Below are positions 1 through 11,973 of a DNA stretch of 64,000 nucleotides, one piece after another; the first letter of the stretch is position 1, and each line of letters starts with the position of its first letter. The notes beneath the pieces were generated by a model. That model was not told the origin of the DNA and searched no databases. It was given only the letters and a program-made list of their open reading frames with translations. Source of the DNA: Squalus acanthias (lineage: Eukaryota). The DNA lies in the NCBI GenBank assembly GCA_030390025.1, contig CM059433.1, forward strand, positions 1,984,001-2,048,000, in the 5' to 3' direction. Position numbers and translations under genes: made by a program.

Positions 1-1010
1 TTGAAATATCCCTTACCCCAGGCACCAGGTAGGCAACACACCCTTCAAGACTCTCCATCATGGCTGCAGAGGATCCTATATATCCCACTAATTATTGAAT
101 CCCCTATAACTATAACATATCTATTCTGCTCCCTGCCTCCCTCCCACACCCACTTTGGATAGGCCTCTGCTCCATGATGCCTAGGTTAGCATTGTGGCTG
201 TCGTCCCCACAGTCTTTCTCCTTATCCTCACAGGTATCAAGTACATTGTACCTGTTGGATAGGACCAGTGTTTGCGGGACCACCTCCTCTATCTCCCCTC
301 GGTTCCCCCTACCCTGCTGACTGACAATCGCACTCTCCCCTTCCTGCACCTGTACTTTCCTCTGAGATGTGAATACCCTGGAGAAAACTATCCAGAAATT
401 TCTCCCCTCTCCCTTATGTGTCGGAGTTTCTTTAACTCTGACTCCAACTCAAGGACTCTGAGCTGGAGTGTCTCAAGGCAGTGACATTTCCTGCAGATCT
501 GGCAATCCGGGACAGTTTCACTGTCTACAAACTCCCACATACTACAGTCCCAACACAAAGCCTGCACTGCCATTTCTAGTTTTTATTTATTTGTTAGTAG
601 TAATTTAGTTCTAGATATAATAGAATTACTTGATCTAGATTATATTTAGTAGATGGATTTAGCTTGATTTCAGGCTGTCTTGCTTTTTGTTTGTTACCTT
701 TATTTTAGTGTCCCCTTACCTCCTATTTATTATTTATGTATACCAGATTTTTATTTAATGCAATTCAGAATCCTTTAATATTGGTATCATCTATTTAGTT
801 AATGTTAACTTTAGCCCCTTTGATCTAATTAATTATTCTGATTATTTATTATATGTTTACTTACGCACTGTTGCCCTTGGTTTAAATTACTTAGCACCTC
901 ATTTCCCCTCTGCACCAAATTTCCACTCTCTCCAAATTCCTGCTGTCGCTCTGTTTAGTAAGCCACTCCGTTTAGCAGATTCACCCAGCTCTGTGCTCAG
1001 CTCTCAGCGT
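1..1010 (-). mobile_element. CR1 LINE 5' portion (5'UTR and degraded ORF1), running off the window start
   Basis: Minus-strand zinc-finger/leucine-zipper motif CWDCSMWE...CQICRKCHCLETLQLRVLELESEL (388-573), an SNRY motif, and esterase-like GDSII...CCLPGA remnants at 1-120. The right boundary is approximate. Confidence 0.75.
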
Positions 1011-1570
1011 TTGACATATGTGGGGCTGAAGTTGGAGGATTGTTTAACTAAAAACCAAAATGTTTGGAAGTTTTTTGAAAAAGACTGGTTCCCAGTGGAC
1101 TGGTTAATAAGCACCCTACCAAGAAGATGCCAAAAATACTTTAAGGCAAAGGAGCAAGTTTATTGAACTGATAAACATTCATTAAAAAGTAATACATTGT
1201 AAAGGTGCAGTAAAGTGTAATAGCACAGTATGCATTCTGTGATGACCATCTGTCATGGGAAGCTTCCAATGAGCCAGTCGGGACTTATATTCTCAGCCTA
1301 TTAGTCATGTACCAGAGCTTGAAGTAAAAAAAGAAAATGCACATCTGGTTAATGTTTCAGGTTGCTACTTTGTCAGAACAAAAAGAGTGAACTGAATAGG
1401 GAAAATATCAACTGTAACAATGAATGACTTAATGTTAAACCTGCTTATAAGCAAACATTTGTGAAGTCTTAATATAACAGTAAAATGCTGTGGATGCTGG
1501 AAAACTGAAGTAAAAACAAAATGCTGGAAATACTCAGCAGGTCAGGCAGCATCTGTGGAGAGAGAAACAG

Positions 1571-1606
1571 AGTTAACGTTTCAGGTCGATGACCTTTCAT
1601 CAGAAC
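1571..1606 (-). ncRNA. Minimal type I hammerhead ribozyme motif in a PLE terminal repeat
   Basis: Minus strand reads GTT-CTGATGA-A-AGGTC-ATC-GACCT-GAAA-CGT-T-AAC: core boxes, 5-bp stem II, palindromic ACGT stem III and GTT/AAC stem I. Confidence 0.65.
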
Positions 1607-2915
1607 GGGAAAAAGTTGGAGATGTAACAGATTTTAAGCAAGTACAGAGGCAGGGAAAGGGGGGAGGGGAGGAAAGAACAAAAGGGAAGGTCTGTGATGG
1701 GGTGGAAGGCAGGAGAGATTAAATGACAAAAGGGATGATGGTGCAAGGCAAAAGGAGATGGTAATGGGACAAGTTAAGAAACAAAAGATGAGTCTAGAGG
1801 AGGTGTAAATGGGAATAATCAGCAACAGCTGCCATCCGAAAAAAAATTGGAGTCGAGGTTATGATCTGAAATTTTTGAACTCAATGCCTAATCGAAAAAT
1901 GAGGTGCTGTTACTCGAGCTTGCATTGATTTTCATTGGGACAGTGTAGGAGGCCGAGGGCAAAGTGGGAATGCGATGGAGAATTAAAATGATAGGTGACC
2001 GGAAGGTCGGGGTCACGTTTGCGGACTGAATGGAGGTGTTCCGCAAAGTGGTCTCCCATTGTGAGCAGCGAATACAGTATACTAAATTGAAAGAAGTACA
2101 AGTAAATCGCTGTTTCACCTGGAAGGAGTGTTTGGAAAGGGAGATGGTAAGAGGGCAGGTGTTGCATCTCCTGCGCTTGCACAGGAAGGTGCCGTGGGAA
2201 GGGGAGGGGTTACTGGGGGTGATTGAGGAGTGGACCAGGGTGTTGTGGCGGGAACGGTCCCTTCGTAATGCTGAAAGGGAGGGGAAGATGTGTTTGATGG
2301 TGGGATCACGTTGGAGGTGGTGTTAATGGCGGAGGTGATCTGTTGAATGTGGAGGCTGATGGGGTGGAAGGTGAGGACAAGGGAAACCCTATTGTGGTTA
2401 TGGGAGGTAGGGGAAGGGGTGAGGGCAAAAGTGCGGAAAATGGAACAGACACAGTTGAGGGCCCTGTCAAGCATGGTGGAGGGGAATCCTCGGTTGAGGA
2501 AAAAGGCAGACATATCGGAAGCGCTGGTATGGAAGGTGGCATCATCAGCACAGATGAGATGGTGAAAATGGGAGAATGGAATAGAGTCCTTACAGGAAGT
2601 GAGGTTGGGGGGGAAGTGTAGCCAAGGTAGCTGTGGGAGTCAGTGGGCTTAGAGTGGATATTGGTCGATAGCCTATCCCCAGAAATGGAGACAGAGAAAT
2701 CGAGGAAGGGGAGGGAAAAGTCGGAGATGGACTTTGTGAAGGTGAGGGAAGGGTGGAAATTGGAAGCAAAGTGAATGAAATTTTCTAGTTCAGGGCGAGA
2801 GCAGGAAACAGCACAGATAGTCATCAATGTACCGGAAAAAGAGGTGAGGGAGGGGACCTGAGTTGGACTGGAACAAAGAATGTTCCACATATCCCACGAA
2901 AAGGCAGGCATAGCT

Positions 2916-3345
2916 AACATAGAAACATAGAAACATAGAATCTAGGAGCAGGAGTAGGCCATTCGGCCCGTCGAGCCTGCTCCACCATTCAATACGATCA
3001 TGGCTGATCATTCAAATCCAGTACCCTGTCCCTGCTTTAATCCCCACAGTACACATATCCCACCCTAGCCCCGTAACCCCACGTATTTAATTCCCCCTAA
3101 CATATCCCATCCTATCCTATCCCCCTCCCCTCCTCCTAACACTAAGGGTCAATTTATCATAGCCAAATCAACCTAACCCGCACATTTTTGGACTGTGGGA
3201 GGAAACCGGAGCACCCGGAGGAAACCCACGCAGACACGGGGAGAATGTGCAAACTCCACACAGACAGTCACCCGAGGTAAGATTTGAACCCGGGTCTCTG
3301 GCGCTGTGAGGCACCAGTGCTAACCACTATGCCACCGTGTTGCCC
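2916..3345 (-). mobile_element. HE1-like V-SINE nested in the PLE RT region
   Basis: Minus strand: tRNA-like head GGGCAACACGGTGGCATAGTGGTTAGCACT...GGTTCAAATC, V-domain TGTGTGGAGTTTGCACATTCTCCCCGTGTCTGCGTGGGTTTCCTCCGGGTGCTCCGGTTTCCTCCCACA, and a CR1-type 3' tail ending in (TTTCTATG)n. Confidence 0.9.
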
Positions 3346-3729
3346 ATGCGGGTTCCCATAGTAACATCTTTTATTTGGAGGAAGTGAGTAGAATCAAAGG
3401 AGAAGTTGTTTAATGTGACAACAAGTTCAGCCAGGTGGAGAAGGGTGGTGGTGTATAAGGACTGGTTGGGCCTCCGTTCAAGGAAGAAGTGAAGAGCCCT
3501 CACGCCATCCGGGTGGGGGATGGAGGTGTAGAGGGATTGGTCGTCCATGGTGAAAAGACATTACTTGTCCCATTACCATCTCCTTTCGCCTTGCACCATC
3601 ATCCCTTTTGTCATTTGATCCCTCCTGCCTTCCACCCTATCACAGTCCTTCCCTTTTGTTCTTTCCTCCCCTCCCCCCTTTCCCGGCCTCTGCACTTGCT
3701 TAAAACCTGTTCCATCTCCAACGTTTTCC

Positions 3730-3766
3730 AGTTCTGACGAAGGGTCATCGACCTGAAACGTTAACT
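3730..3766 (+). ncRNA. Minimal type I hammerhead ribozyme motif in the inverted PLE terminal repeat (sense to NBAS)
   Basis: AGTT-CTGACGA-A-GGGTC-ATC-GACCT-GAAA-CGT-T-AACT. Stem I is AGTT/AACT and stem II is GGGTC/GACCT with one G-U pair. Confidence 0.65.
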
Positions 3767-4045
3767 CTGTTTCTCTCTCCACAGATGCTGCCTGACCTGC
3801 TGAGTATTTCCAGCATTTTCTGTTTTTATTTGTGAAGTCTTATTATGTTGTCAGACTGGAATCTTTTGTAATCCAAACCTAAAATTCACAATGTGTGATT
3901 TGTGTGACAGGCTATTGATGCTATGTTATATCATACTATGTAATGGTAGGATTTTTAATTTTCTTAAGTTTTTAAACAGTGCTGTTGAACGCATCAAATG
4001 GTTACTATTAGCTGCAATTTAATGCCTTATTTTATCTTGTTGCAG

Positions 4046-4094
4046 CCCAGAGGCAACCGAGAACGTGGATCCATTATTGTAAAGACCATTTCTG
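4046..4094 (+). CDS. NBAS: NBAS coding exon 2 (numbering by homology to human)
   Basis: ttgcag|CCCAGA...TCTG|gtaagt; PRGNRERGSIIVKTIS matches human PRGNQKHGASFIITKAIR; 49 nt. Confidence 0.88.
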
Positions 4095-4939
4095 GTAAGT
4101 AATGTTTGGCACATGCAAGTCATAGTGAACAAACTGGAGTAAATTTCCAACTCCCATCTTTTGAGAAAAGGAGTTTTTAAAGGTGAAATAAATACAGATT
4201 TGGCTTATTATTTACTTGAAACTATTGTTATGTTAACAACGTAGTTGTTTTGGCAATGTAAGGAATGTAAATGCACAGAACTGATTGATTTTTCTCCCTG
4301 AAGTGCTTTTCTAATGTGTGTTTGTGGATTGAAGCTGGTTTATGGTACTGTATGTGATCTTGGAGATGGTATACTAAGCCTGCATTCCCCAAATGCAAAG
4401 TTAATATTTCTAGAACTGATTTTTGTGCACCACTGCTGGGCAGTATTTTTAATGTTGTATTTTGGTATGCTGAGGTCTTTATCAGGAAGTTGGTTCGCAG
4501 GATATTTTTGCAATATTTTCTTGTCTTACAGTCTAACACTTAAATTTTATGCTTCGTGGTGTCTTAATCTGAAACAAAATTTGTGTCACTCCACTTCAGG
4601 ACTATATTTTAAATTGAAAGAAGGGATATTTATATCCTGAAATGCTAACCAACATCAATGGAAAAAAAAATCTGATATAATTTGGGATGCATAATCTTGG
4701 GTGCTTTCTCAAGTGAAGAACTATTTCGAATGTTGGAACAGTTTAATGAATAGTGAAAGTTGTCAGGTTTGTTAAAAAAAAAGTCAGTTTGTGCATTATA
4801 TCTGCAATCACAAAAATAATGCTGCGTTCTTATACTTTGCATTTTAAATATTAACTTTGTGCATCTAAAAATACTGACAATGGCGTGAATAAATACAGTT
4901 GTCATTATTGAATCTCTAAACAATTTTCTTTGTATTCAG

Positions 4940-4976
4940 GTCCTTTTAAATTTGTGGTTCAGTATGTCGGATATAG
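4940..4976 (+). CDS. NBAS: NBAS coding exon 3
   Basis: ttcag|GTCC...ATATAG|gtaatt; GPFKFVVQYVGYS aligns to human DRLLFLRQYIWYS; 37 nt, frame-compatible with its neighbours. Confidence 0.85.
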
Positions 4977-5364
4977 GTAATTGCAACTGATATTTTTCTT
5001 GCATTTTCTTTTTGTTTTGGTGGGGAGGAGCATGTTAAACAGAGTTTGAAGCTATTTCACCTCTTTTTATTGATCCCCATTGCAGATCAAAGGGGTTTTA
5101 AAGTAATTTACTTAATCAAATGACAAGAATTTCTTGTCAGTTTAACTTGTCAGAACAGGTTGCACTTTTTTATTATTAGTGAGACTTGTTTATTACTATA
5201 CTTTTTTAAAAACCTTTAAGCAATAATACTGTTAGCAACGTCAGTTCACTCTTTCTTCGTGCACCTGCATTAATGTAAAGTTTAATCAGTACCATAATGT
5301 TTTCTTAGTAGGTGTAAGACTTTTTTTTAATATTCACACTGTTTTTGAATTCTCTCCTCTGCAG

Positions 5365-5442
5365 CTCTTCCAGCTCTTTGCTCTCTCCTCATTTTGTCCA
5401 GTTGGTTAGTAAACAGATCAACTGGCAACTTGTTGTAGCCAG
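5365..5442 (+). CDS. NBAS: NBAS coding exon 4
   Basis: ctgcag|CTCT...GCCAG|gtaatt; LLSPHFVQLVSKQINWQLVVAS; 78 nt. Confidence 0.92.
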
Positions 5443-5694
5443 GTAATTATTTCAGTTGACGTGTACATCACTTTTTAATATTGTAATTTCCTTCTATAAA
5501 TGGAGCTAAAATACTGTATTGGTTTTCAATTATAGTAATCTGAGAATTCTTCAGTGCTAATGACTTGAATATTGCATATTTTGGCATCTTTCAGAATGAG
5601 CCCTTTTTCTGTTCAGTAAGCTCTGCATAAGATATACTACTAGTCTGTGTTAAATATTAATATCACGTTGTTAAAAGGGTACTTAGACTGAAAT

Positions 5695-5938
5695 GGACAA
5701 GATGTAATTATGTTGCGAGTTTGGTTTGTATCTACCGCGCAAATACAGCAACTTCACACCATTCAATGCATTTCAGTGGTAAGCTGGACAGCGAGATACC
5801 ATTTTCGTGTGGTGGAGCGGCGCAACTTCTCGATTTTAACTGCACATCTGCCCTCGCCCAAAGTTTCTGTACTATTTGCATATAAATAACACCGAGTACC
5901 GTCAGCCTCACCCTTATTTCGACAGCAAATTATGGCCC
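5695..5938. mobile_element. Degraded PIF/Harbinger-type MITE
   Basis: Right end CAGCAAATTATGGCCC resembles the termini of the element at 39450-41684. AAT lies on both flanks. The left TIR is degraded. Confidence 0.4.
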
Positions 5939-6418
5939 AATATATCCATTAATCTTAAATTGGTGTGGATTTTTTAAAAAGTGGAATCCATAAAACATTT
6001 AACAAACTATAATGAGCCAAGTTTAAGCTGTTATGGAAAAAGAAGTCCAAAGCCAAATTTTAAAAAAAAGAGTGCTTGTTACATTGCTTTGGCGTTAGCA
6101 GTGCCATTGGGTTGTCTTGTTCACCGTGTCTCGTTCGGCCAGGTGACTAGTAAATGATGGCCTGAAAACTTCTCTCTATGATGCATAGCATTTTGTTTGT
6201 ATGGTTGAGATTAATGCTTCTACAGTTTTAAACTCTTGCTTGGACTATTTTGCATTTTCATGAAAGTAAGTTTTTGTATGATTAAAACTATTATTAATAG
6301 GCAAGTTTGAATCTATTGAATGTACTGGTAAAAAGATTTGCATCTGGATGTTATGTTTATAGTTCAGTGTTTTTATGCATGGAAACTTTGCACTAAATGA
6401 TCTCCTGTTTTCTGACAG

Positions 6419-6466
6419 TAATGGGAAGTTGCTGGCGGTGGTTCAGGACCAGTGTATTGAGATCAG
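6419..6466 (+). CDS. NBAS: NBAS coding exon 5
   Basis: tgacag|TAATGGG...ATCAG|gtactg; NGKLLAVVQDQCIEIR; 48 nt. Confidence 0.96.
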
Positions 6467-6582
6467 GTACTGTATGGTATCCATAAAATATTCTGGTTCA
6501 TGTATCCTTTGTTGCGTGCTTTTAATGGGTGATTGGTAACTGCAGGTGAAGCCGTGTCTTTTTCCACCAATATGTCCCTTTT

Positions 6583-6700
6583 ACATGGAATCTACAGCAT
6601 AGAAACAGGCCATTTGTCCCAACTGGTCCGTGCCGGTCTTTATGCTCCACAGGAGCCTCCTCCCACCCTACTTCATCGAACCCCATCAGCATATCCTTCA
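6583..6700 (-). mobile_element. CR1-type 3' tail fragment
   Basis: ACATGGAATCTACAGCATAGAAACAGGCCATTTGTCCCAACTGGTCCGTGCC resembles the reverse complement of a CR1 3'UTR stem-loop. Confidence 0.5.
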
Positions 6701-7084
6701 CTTGTTTGGATTCTTGCCTCAACAGGCAGTTGTACTTCCCTGCCTTTATTATTAGGGGACTTTCACCAGTTTTCTGCTGGGTTACTAGATAGACCACCGT
6801 AAGTGCTCAACTCTACTCATTTTTGTTGCTCCCAAAAAATAAATGTTTAAAAAAAAATAAAATTACTCCAAATCAAAATACAGCTTCTGTTGGCTGATGA
6901 TGGAGAAGCTGGCAGGTGAGAATATCTGTTGGCCTGCTGTGTGTATGGGTGTGTAAGCGGGAGGAGGAAACTGATGAAACCCAAAGAGGTTGCGGGGGTG
7001 GGGGGGGATGGAATGCAATTTTTTTGTCACCCTTAGTTGCTCACTCATGGTGGGTATGGTTCCGTGCATATTCTGTGGTACCTT

Positions 7085-7380
7085 ATCCAAGTGGCTATTC
7101 TCCGCCTGTGAGCGCTGCAGGCTATTCACATGTGGGACATCGATGGCAAACTGTACATTGCCCTCGCACAATTCCCACTCGTGTATACTTTTGGCAGAAG
7201 TTACTGGGGAGTGAGAACCTTGGTTGTGTTTATTATGTTTCCTTTTGTCCAGTCCAGGGATGCTGAGGCTGAATGGCTTTACTGTGGCCCCAACTGAGAT
7301 CAGCTAACTTAGTATGGAGGGGAGTGGGAGGATCAGTCCTGGTCTGTGTAGCTCATTACACATCATTTATGAACTGAGCC
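7085..7380 (-). mobile_element. Degraded tRNA-derived SINE, unnamed family
   Basis: Minus strand starts GGCTCAGTT...CAGACCAGG...AGTTAGCTGATCTCAG...CCTCAGCATCCCTGG, resembling a common shark SINE. Heavily diverged. Confidence 0.35.
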
Positions 7381-7505
7381 TAATGAGGTTAATTTTTAAC
7401 TATCTGTTGATACAGATGATCTTCAGAAATGCTTTTGGGTCCCTTAAAGTAACTGGATAAAAGTTTACGTTGATCATTTTTTAATTTTGCCAATTTATTT
7501 TACAG

Positions 7506-7549
7506 ATCTGCAAGAGATGAATTTGGTTCTGTCATTGGAAAATGTATAG
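7506..7549 (+). CDS. NBAS: NBAS coding exon 6
   Basis: ttacag|ATCTGCA...TATAG|gtaccg; SARDEFGSVIGKCI; 44 nt. Confidence 0.95.
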
Positions 7550-8653
7550 GTACCGTATTATACAATTAAAATTCTTCATTACTATGCTTAAAGGGTCTTA
7601 CCAGTTAAAGGAGTACTGAAAGATGGGATTTAATTGTTGCCTTTTTCCGGGTTTGATGGTAATCAATGTCTATAATTGATACGTTAAGTGCGCAACAGTA
7701 GAACAGTGTAAAAATAGCCCAACTTGTGGTTAACCTTCCACATTTGATATTTGAGTAGATTAACTACTCCTTGAAAATCTGTGTCATGACATCTCGTGCG
7801 GCGAGTTGAAAAAATACCCTCAATTGCACACTTTCCACCCAAGTAATCCCCATTGCTTATATTCTGGCTGGAGTCTTTCATTGTCAGTTTCAGTAGACAT
7901 GCTGAACAGGGCACCTTTGAAAGCTTTCACATATCTTTTAGCTGTAATTCAGTAATCTTTAAGTCATCTCCAAGTTGGAATGTTTGAGATTTATTCAAAT
8001 GTTTGCGACTGACTGACTATTAAAAATTATGTTTGATAAATGTCTGGAAGAAAAAATAAAATGCTGTGGGGTGGGTGGGTGGGGGGGGGGGGCATGAGAA
8101 ATTGACTTATTGGATAGTTATTTCTGAAAGTAGGCGCATGCACCATGGGCTGAATGCTGTAAAATTCTATGATTAGTGGTTAAAATTGTGATTTAGCTGG
8201 GCTGGAAAGACAATCACAGGTCATGTTTTATGTAGTGTTCTTTGTTAATCATTAACTACAGTATATTCTTTGAATTATGTTATAGCCCATGTGCATTGCT
8301 AGTGACATGGGGGAGGGGGGAAACCAACTTTTGCAAGCTGTGTCCTGGTCACCATTGCAATCCCAGTTTCAATGATATGTACTGCAGATTTTTGAGTGGA
8401 GTAGACTGAGGGGTAACTAGGATAGTCGAGTCATGGTATTGTCATTCTTCATGGAACTGCTTGAAGAAACTAGCGCTATATAAATGATCGAGCTAATGTC
8501 TAATCATTTTTTTAAACCGTTTTTCAGGCAGTGGATTGAAAACTGACTTCATTTTCCTAACGCACAGCTTTGATATATTTGATTAATGATGAGATTTTAT
8601 TGGATATCAAAAGTACAGAAATTTTAACTATTGTTCTTGATTTCTGTCACTAG

Positions 8654-8787
8654 TTCCAAAAGACCCCCAGCCCCAGTGGCGTCATGTGACATGGAGTCAT
8701 GATTGCACACTGTTGGCTTATGCTGAAAGCACAGGCACAGTGAGAGTGTTTGACTTGATGGGCAGTGAACTTTTCATCATTCTACCG
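8654..8787 (+). CDS. NBAS: NBAS coding exon 7
   Basis: cactag|TTCCA...CTACCG|gtaaca; PKDPQPQWRHVTWSHDCTLLAYAESTGTVRVFDLMGSELFIILP; 134 nt. Confidence 0.97.
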
Positions 8788-9781
8788 GTAACACTGAAAT
8801 TGATCTTGTAAAACTCTTCTTCCAAATGTGAATGCACAAAGTACTATTCTTTGAGAGTAAGATGCCTATGTATTGCCTGTTATGTACATTCAGCTTCTGT
8901 GAAGTGTACACCTGAAGTGTACGCATTAAAACCATAGGGTTCTAGGAAAGTTGATAGGACAAAAGGAGCAGTTTAAAATACTTTCACAACAACTGAACAT
9001 GCACAGTTTTAATTTTTATGTGGTTATCATCAAGTAACAACACATTAAATCACTAAAGATTTGGTCAAATTGCTTCTTTACAGAAATGTATAGAATGGTA
9101 AAAAAAATCTGTGTTTTCTGACCAAATTGAATGCTGTACAATGCAGCACTTCCAATCTTGAGTGTTAGTGACTGTCTTTGCAGGTAATTTAAAGCATAAG
9201 ACTCATTGAATGTGATGTGGTGTTGGCATTAAAGGAGCCTTGATGCCAAATTCAGAAGTACCAGAAGCTTGTAATTTAAAAAATTATATATATTTCAGCA
9301 CTTCCATTGGTGCAGGTTGATGCAATGTATTAGTACTGTGCTGCAGAGGGATCGAACTCAGCTATTAGGCTGAAAAACAAGCAGTCCAGGCATTTCTCAT
9401 TTCCACATAGGGAGAGGAAAAACTTTGAAGGACAAGTCACCCAGACTATTCCGATGCCCCTCATATCTTCAGGCTTGAGTAACAATCAGCAGATGGTAAT
9501 CCCACTACCAGTCCAAGCATAATGTCTGATCGGGAGGAGAATAGTAAAAAAAAAATTGAGGGGGAAGAGGAAGAGATGGTTGAAAAATATAGTACCGATG
9601 AAGACCTGTATCATGGTTTTTGTATGTCTACAATATTTGCAGATAGACTATGAAAGTACACTATTTGTAAAATTTGATAGGTCTTCAGTGTGGTGTTAAA
9701 AGTAAATGCTAAAGGATTATAAGTTTTTGAGTAATGAATGAAAAATATAACTTATAAATGACATTTTAAATGTATTTTAAG

Positions 9782-9915
9782 GCTGCCAGCTTTGCAGGTG
9801 ACCTTAGTTATGCTGTGGCAGGATTGATCTTCCTGGAGTCCACTGAGAGTGCTCAGTGTTCAACAGAGCTTCTGGTTGTGAACTATCGGGGGCAGCTGAA
9901 AAGTTACTTGGTCAG
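9782..9915 (+). CDS. NBAS: NBAS coding exon 8
   Basis: tttaag|GCTGCC...GTCAG|gtaaga; AASFAGDLSYAVAGLIFLESTESAQCSTELLVVNYRGQLKSYLVS; 134 nt. Confidence 0.96.
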
Positions 9916-11057
9916 GTAAGATGTAGACTTTTGCGATTAATCTACAGTATTTTGCTGCATGACATTCCAGCTATACGGATATATGGCTGCATCTTCCCAT
10001 TTTGTTAAGCCAATACCAGCCCAAGTCACTTTTTAATTATGTTTGTCAGAAATAATTTACCTTTCAGAAAAAAATAAATACTGCCTGAACTGGTGGCAGG
10101 TGCAGATCTTGATCACTTCTATTTTTAAAATTACATTCACATAGTTATAATGATTGGTGTACAAATCCAATACTTCACTGAAGAATTTATTGTAGGCTAT
10201 TGGTAAATTAAATGAACTAATTTGGATTTAAATAAAGCAATGACTTTTAGCTAATTAGCACGACCTTAGGGAATGTGAAAATCGCTAAATAGTGAGGTCT
10301 TTGTTTTAAGAGACACAGAAATAAAAGTGGCTAAAATATTAATAACCTTCACAGTATTCGTGACTGTACATCACTAGTAATATTTTTAATTATCCACTAG
10401 TGCTTCATATCATCATCGGTTAGTGTGCTGAGAATACACCTATGGGGTAGTAAATGAACTATTGGGATAAATCTAATGTTTCTCCACAGAAGCTTATATT
10501 TCACCGGACCTTTGCACATCCATCTCAAGCGTTCTACTGTCTACGTCAGAATCCATAAGTAGTGTTATTCATTGAATTGATCAACAGAAGCTCACTTATC
10601 AATGTTTCATGCATAGTTAATGCTCCATTCCCTGGGCAATCATTTGACGCTCCTTTCTGCTCTTTTTCTAAATTAGAACTTATTGAATATTTGCATTATG
10701 TACTGGTTGAACTCATGGATATTGTTTTCTTTTGATTATTTTGTATTATCTGTGAATGTTGTGAGAGTCACAATGTTGTCCAAGTCACAATGCTCACGAT
10801 TGTTTGTTCAAAGAATAATTTGAACTAAGAGGTTCTGAGTTTGTATTTTTCCCTCTTTATTTGATGACATATGGTTAAAAAGTCCTATCAACTGTCCCAC
10901 ATACAATTCAATTTTCTTATGCAGCTTTTTAAGTTTGTTGAAATAACAGCTATAATCCATTGGGAACGGTCGGAATTTAATTCATGGAAGTATTAGCAGA
11001 AGGGGAAAAGCATATGGAAATTGTCTGTTTAATCGTACATGGTACTCTGACTTCAAT

Positions 11058-11813
11058 GGCCCGGATTTTGCGGTTAGCAGCAAATGAAAGGCGCTTGCCG
11101 TTCTTTACACTTGCACATGACCACGGACTTTCTGTGAGCTTTTACATTGCGATTTGTGGTTCTTAGAGCGCCGAAACAGCGCGGCGCCCTCTACAGGGGA
11201 TTGGGACCTGTGCAAACAGGGCAAGCAACGGCATGTCTCCTCAACCAATCAGATTGAAGAATCCTTACTGAGGCACACAGACTCTAAACCAAGAAGTGTA
11301 AATTAGTATAGTTAATTCAATGTAAAATCATGTACAGAAAGTGAAAAAGAGAGGGAAAGAAATATGGGATTAAGAGAGAGAGATGAAAGAGACAGAGAAA
11401 AAGTTAAAAAAATTATTTTAATTATTTAACTTTTTAAAATCTCCAACAATAACTAAAATCTGAAGGAAGGAGACTCCAGAGTGGTTGTTTGGCAGTAATT
11501 AAGACTTAATCATGCCGTTACAAATTCACTTACACTTCAATGGACAAGCCCTAACTTTTTCTGGCGTATTTAGTGGGTATCTAGTGGGTAAATACCCCAA
11601 CTTCACTCTGTTGCATTTGTGTGAATGCCGAGTCTCTCGGCAAGATACCGGTGTAGCGAAGCTTATGGAGGAGCAGGGCAACTTGGACAGCAACTTCCTG
11701 ATTTCCGTGTTTAACTGCGAATGTGCGGACGCTGGAAATTGCTGTCCGATTTATTCCTTAATGACTGTAAGTGCTGATAGCCTCACTGTTAGTCTTGCTG
11801 CAAAATCTAGGCC
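11058..11813. mobile_element. PIF/Harbinger-type non-autonomous DNA transposon (MITE family A)
   Basis: Termini GGCCCGGATTTTGC and GCAAAATCTAGGCC. Homologous inverted copies lie at 18228-18904 and 23749-24952; the similarity is visible in the pseudo-ORFs 11512+ and 18209-. Confidence 0.7.
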
Positions 11814-11874
11814 ATTACATTGAATATTTTCCAAAATCCTGAAATTCTTGGATTTTTTTTTTTCTCCCGTGCAG

Positions 11875-11973
11875 TGTTGGAATCAATCAAAGTTACCAAG
11901 AAAGTCACAGCTTCAACTTTAACAGTCATTATTCTCATGGTGTTATTACAGTGATCTACCATTCTGGCCATAG
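11875..11973 (+). CDS. NBAS: NBAS coding exon 9
   Basis: gtgcag|TGTTGGA...CATAG|gtgaat; VGINQSYQESHSFNFNSHYSHGVITVIYHSGHR; 99 nt. Confidence 0.96.

Larger units (their letters stand above)
1472..3827 (-). mobile_element. Penelope-like retroelement, 5'-truncated, with inverted pseudo-LTRs; degraded RT and GIY-YIG endonuclease
   Basis: Minus-strand remnants: SLYTSIPH, FLQIKDVTMGTRMG, FFRYIDD, HSKPTDSHSYL, YCIRCSQ, FAEHLHSVRKRDPDLPVTYHFN. The terminal repeat at ~1481-1775 is inverted at ~3563-3827. 15-bp TSD ATTTGTGAAGTCTTA at 1457-1471 and 3828-3842. Confidence 0.9.

Noticed and set aside
3270..3345. tRNA gene-like sequence (also 44430-44503 and 20640-20712)
   Set aside because: These are SINE heads attached to V or Deu domains, not complete cloverleaf tRNAs.
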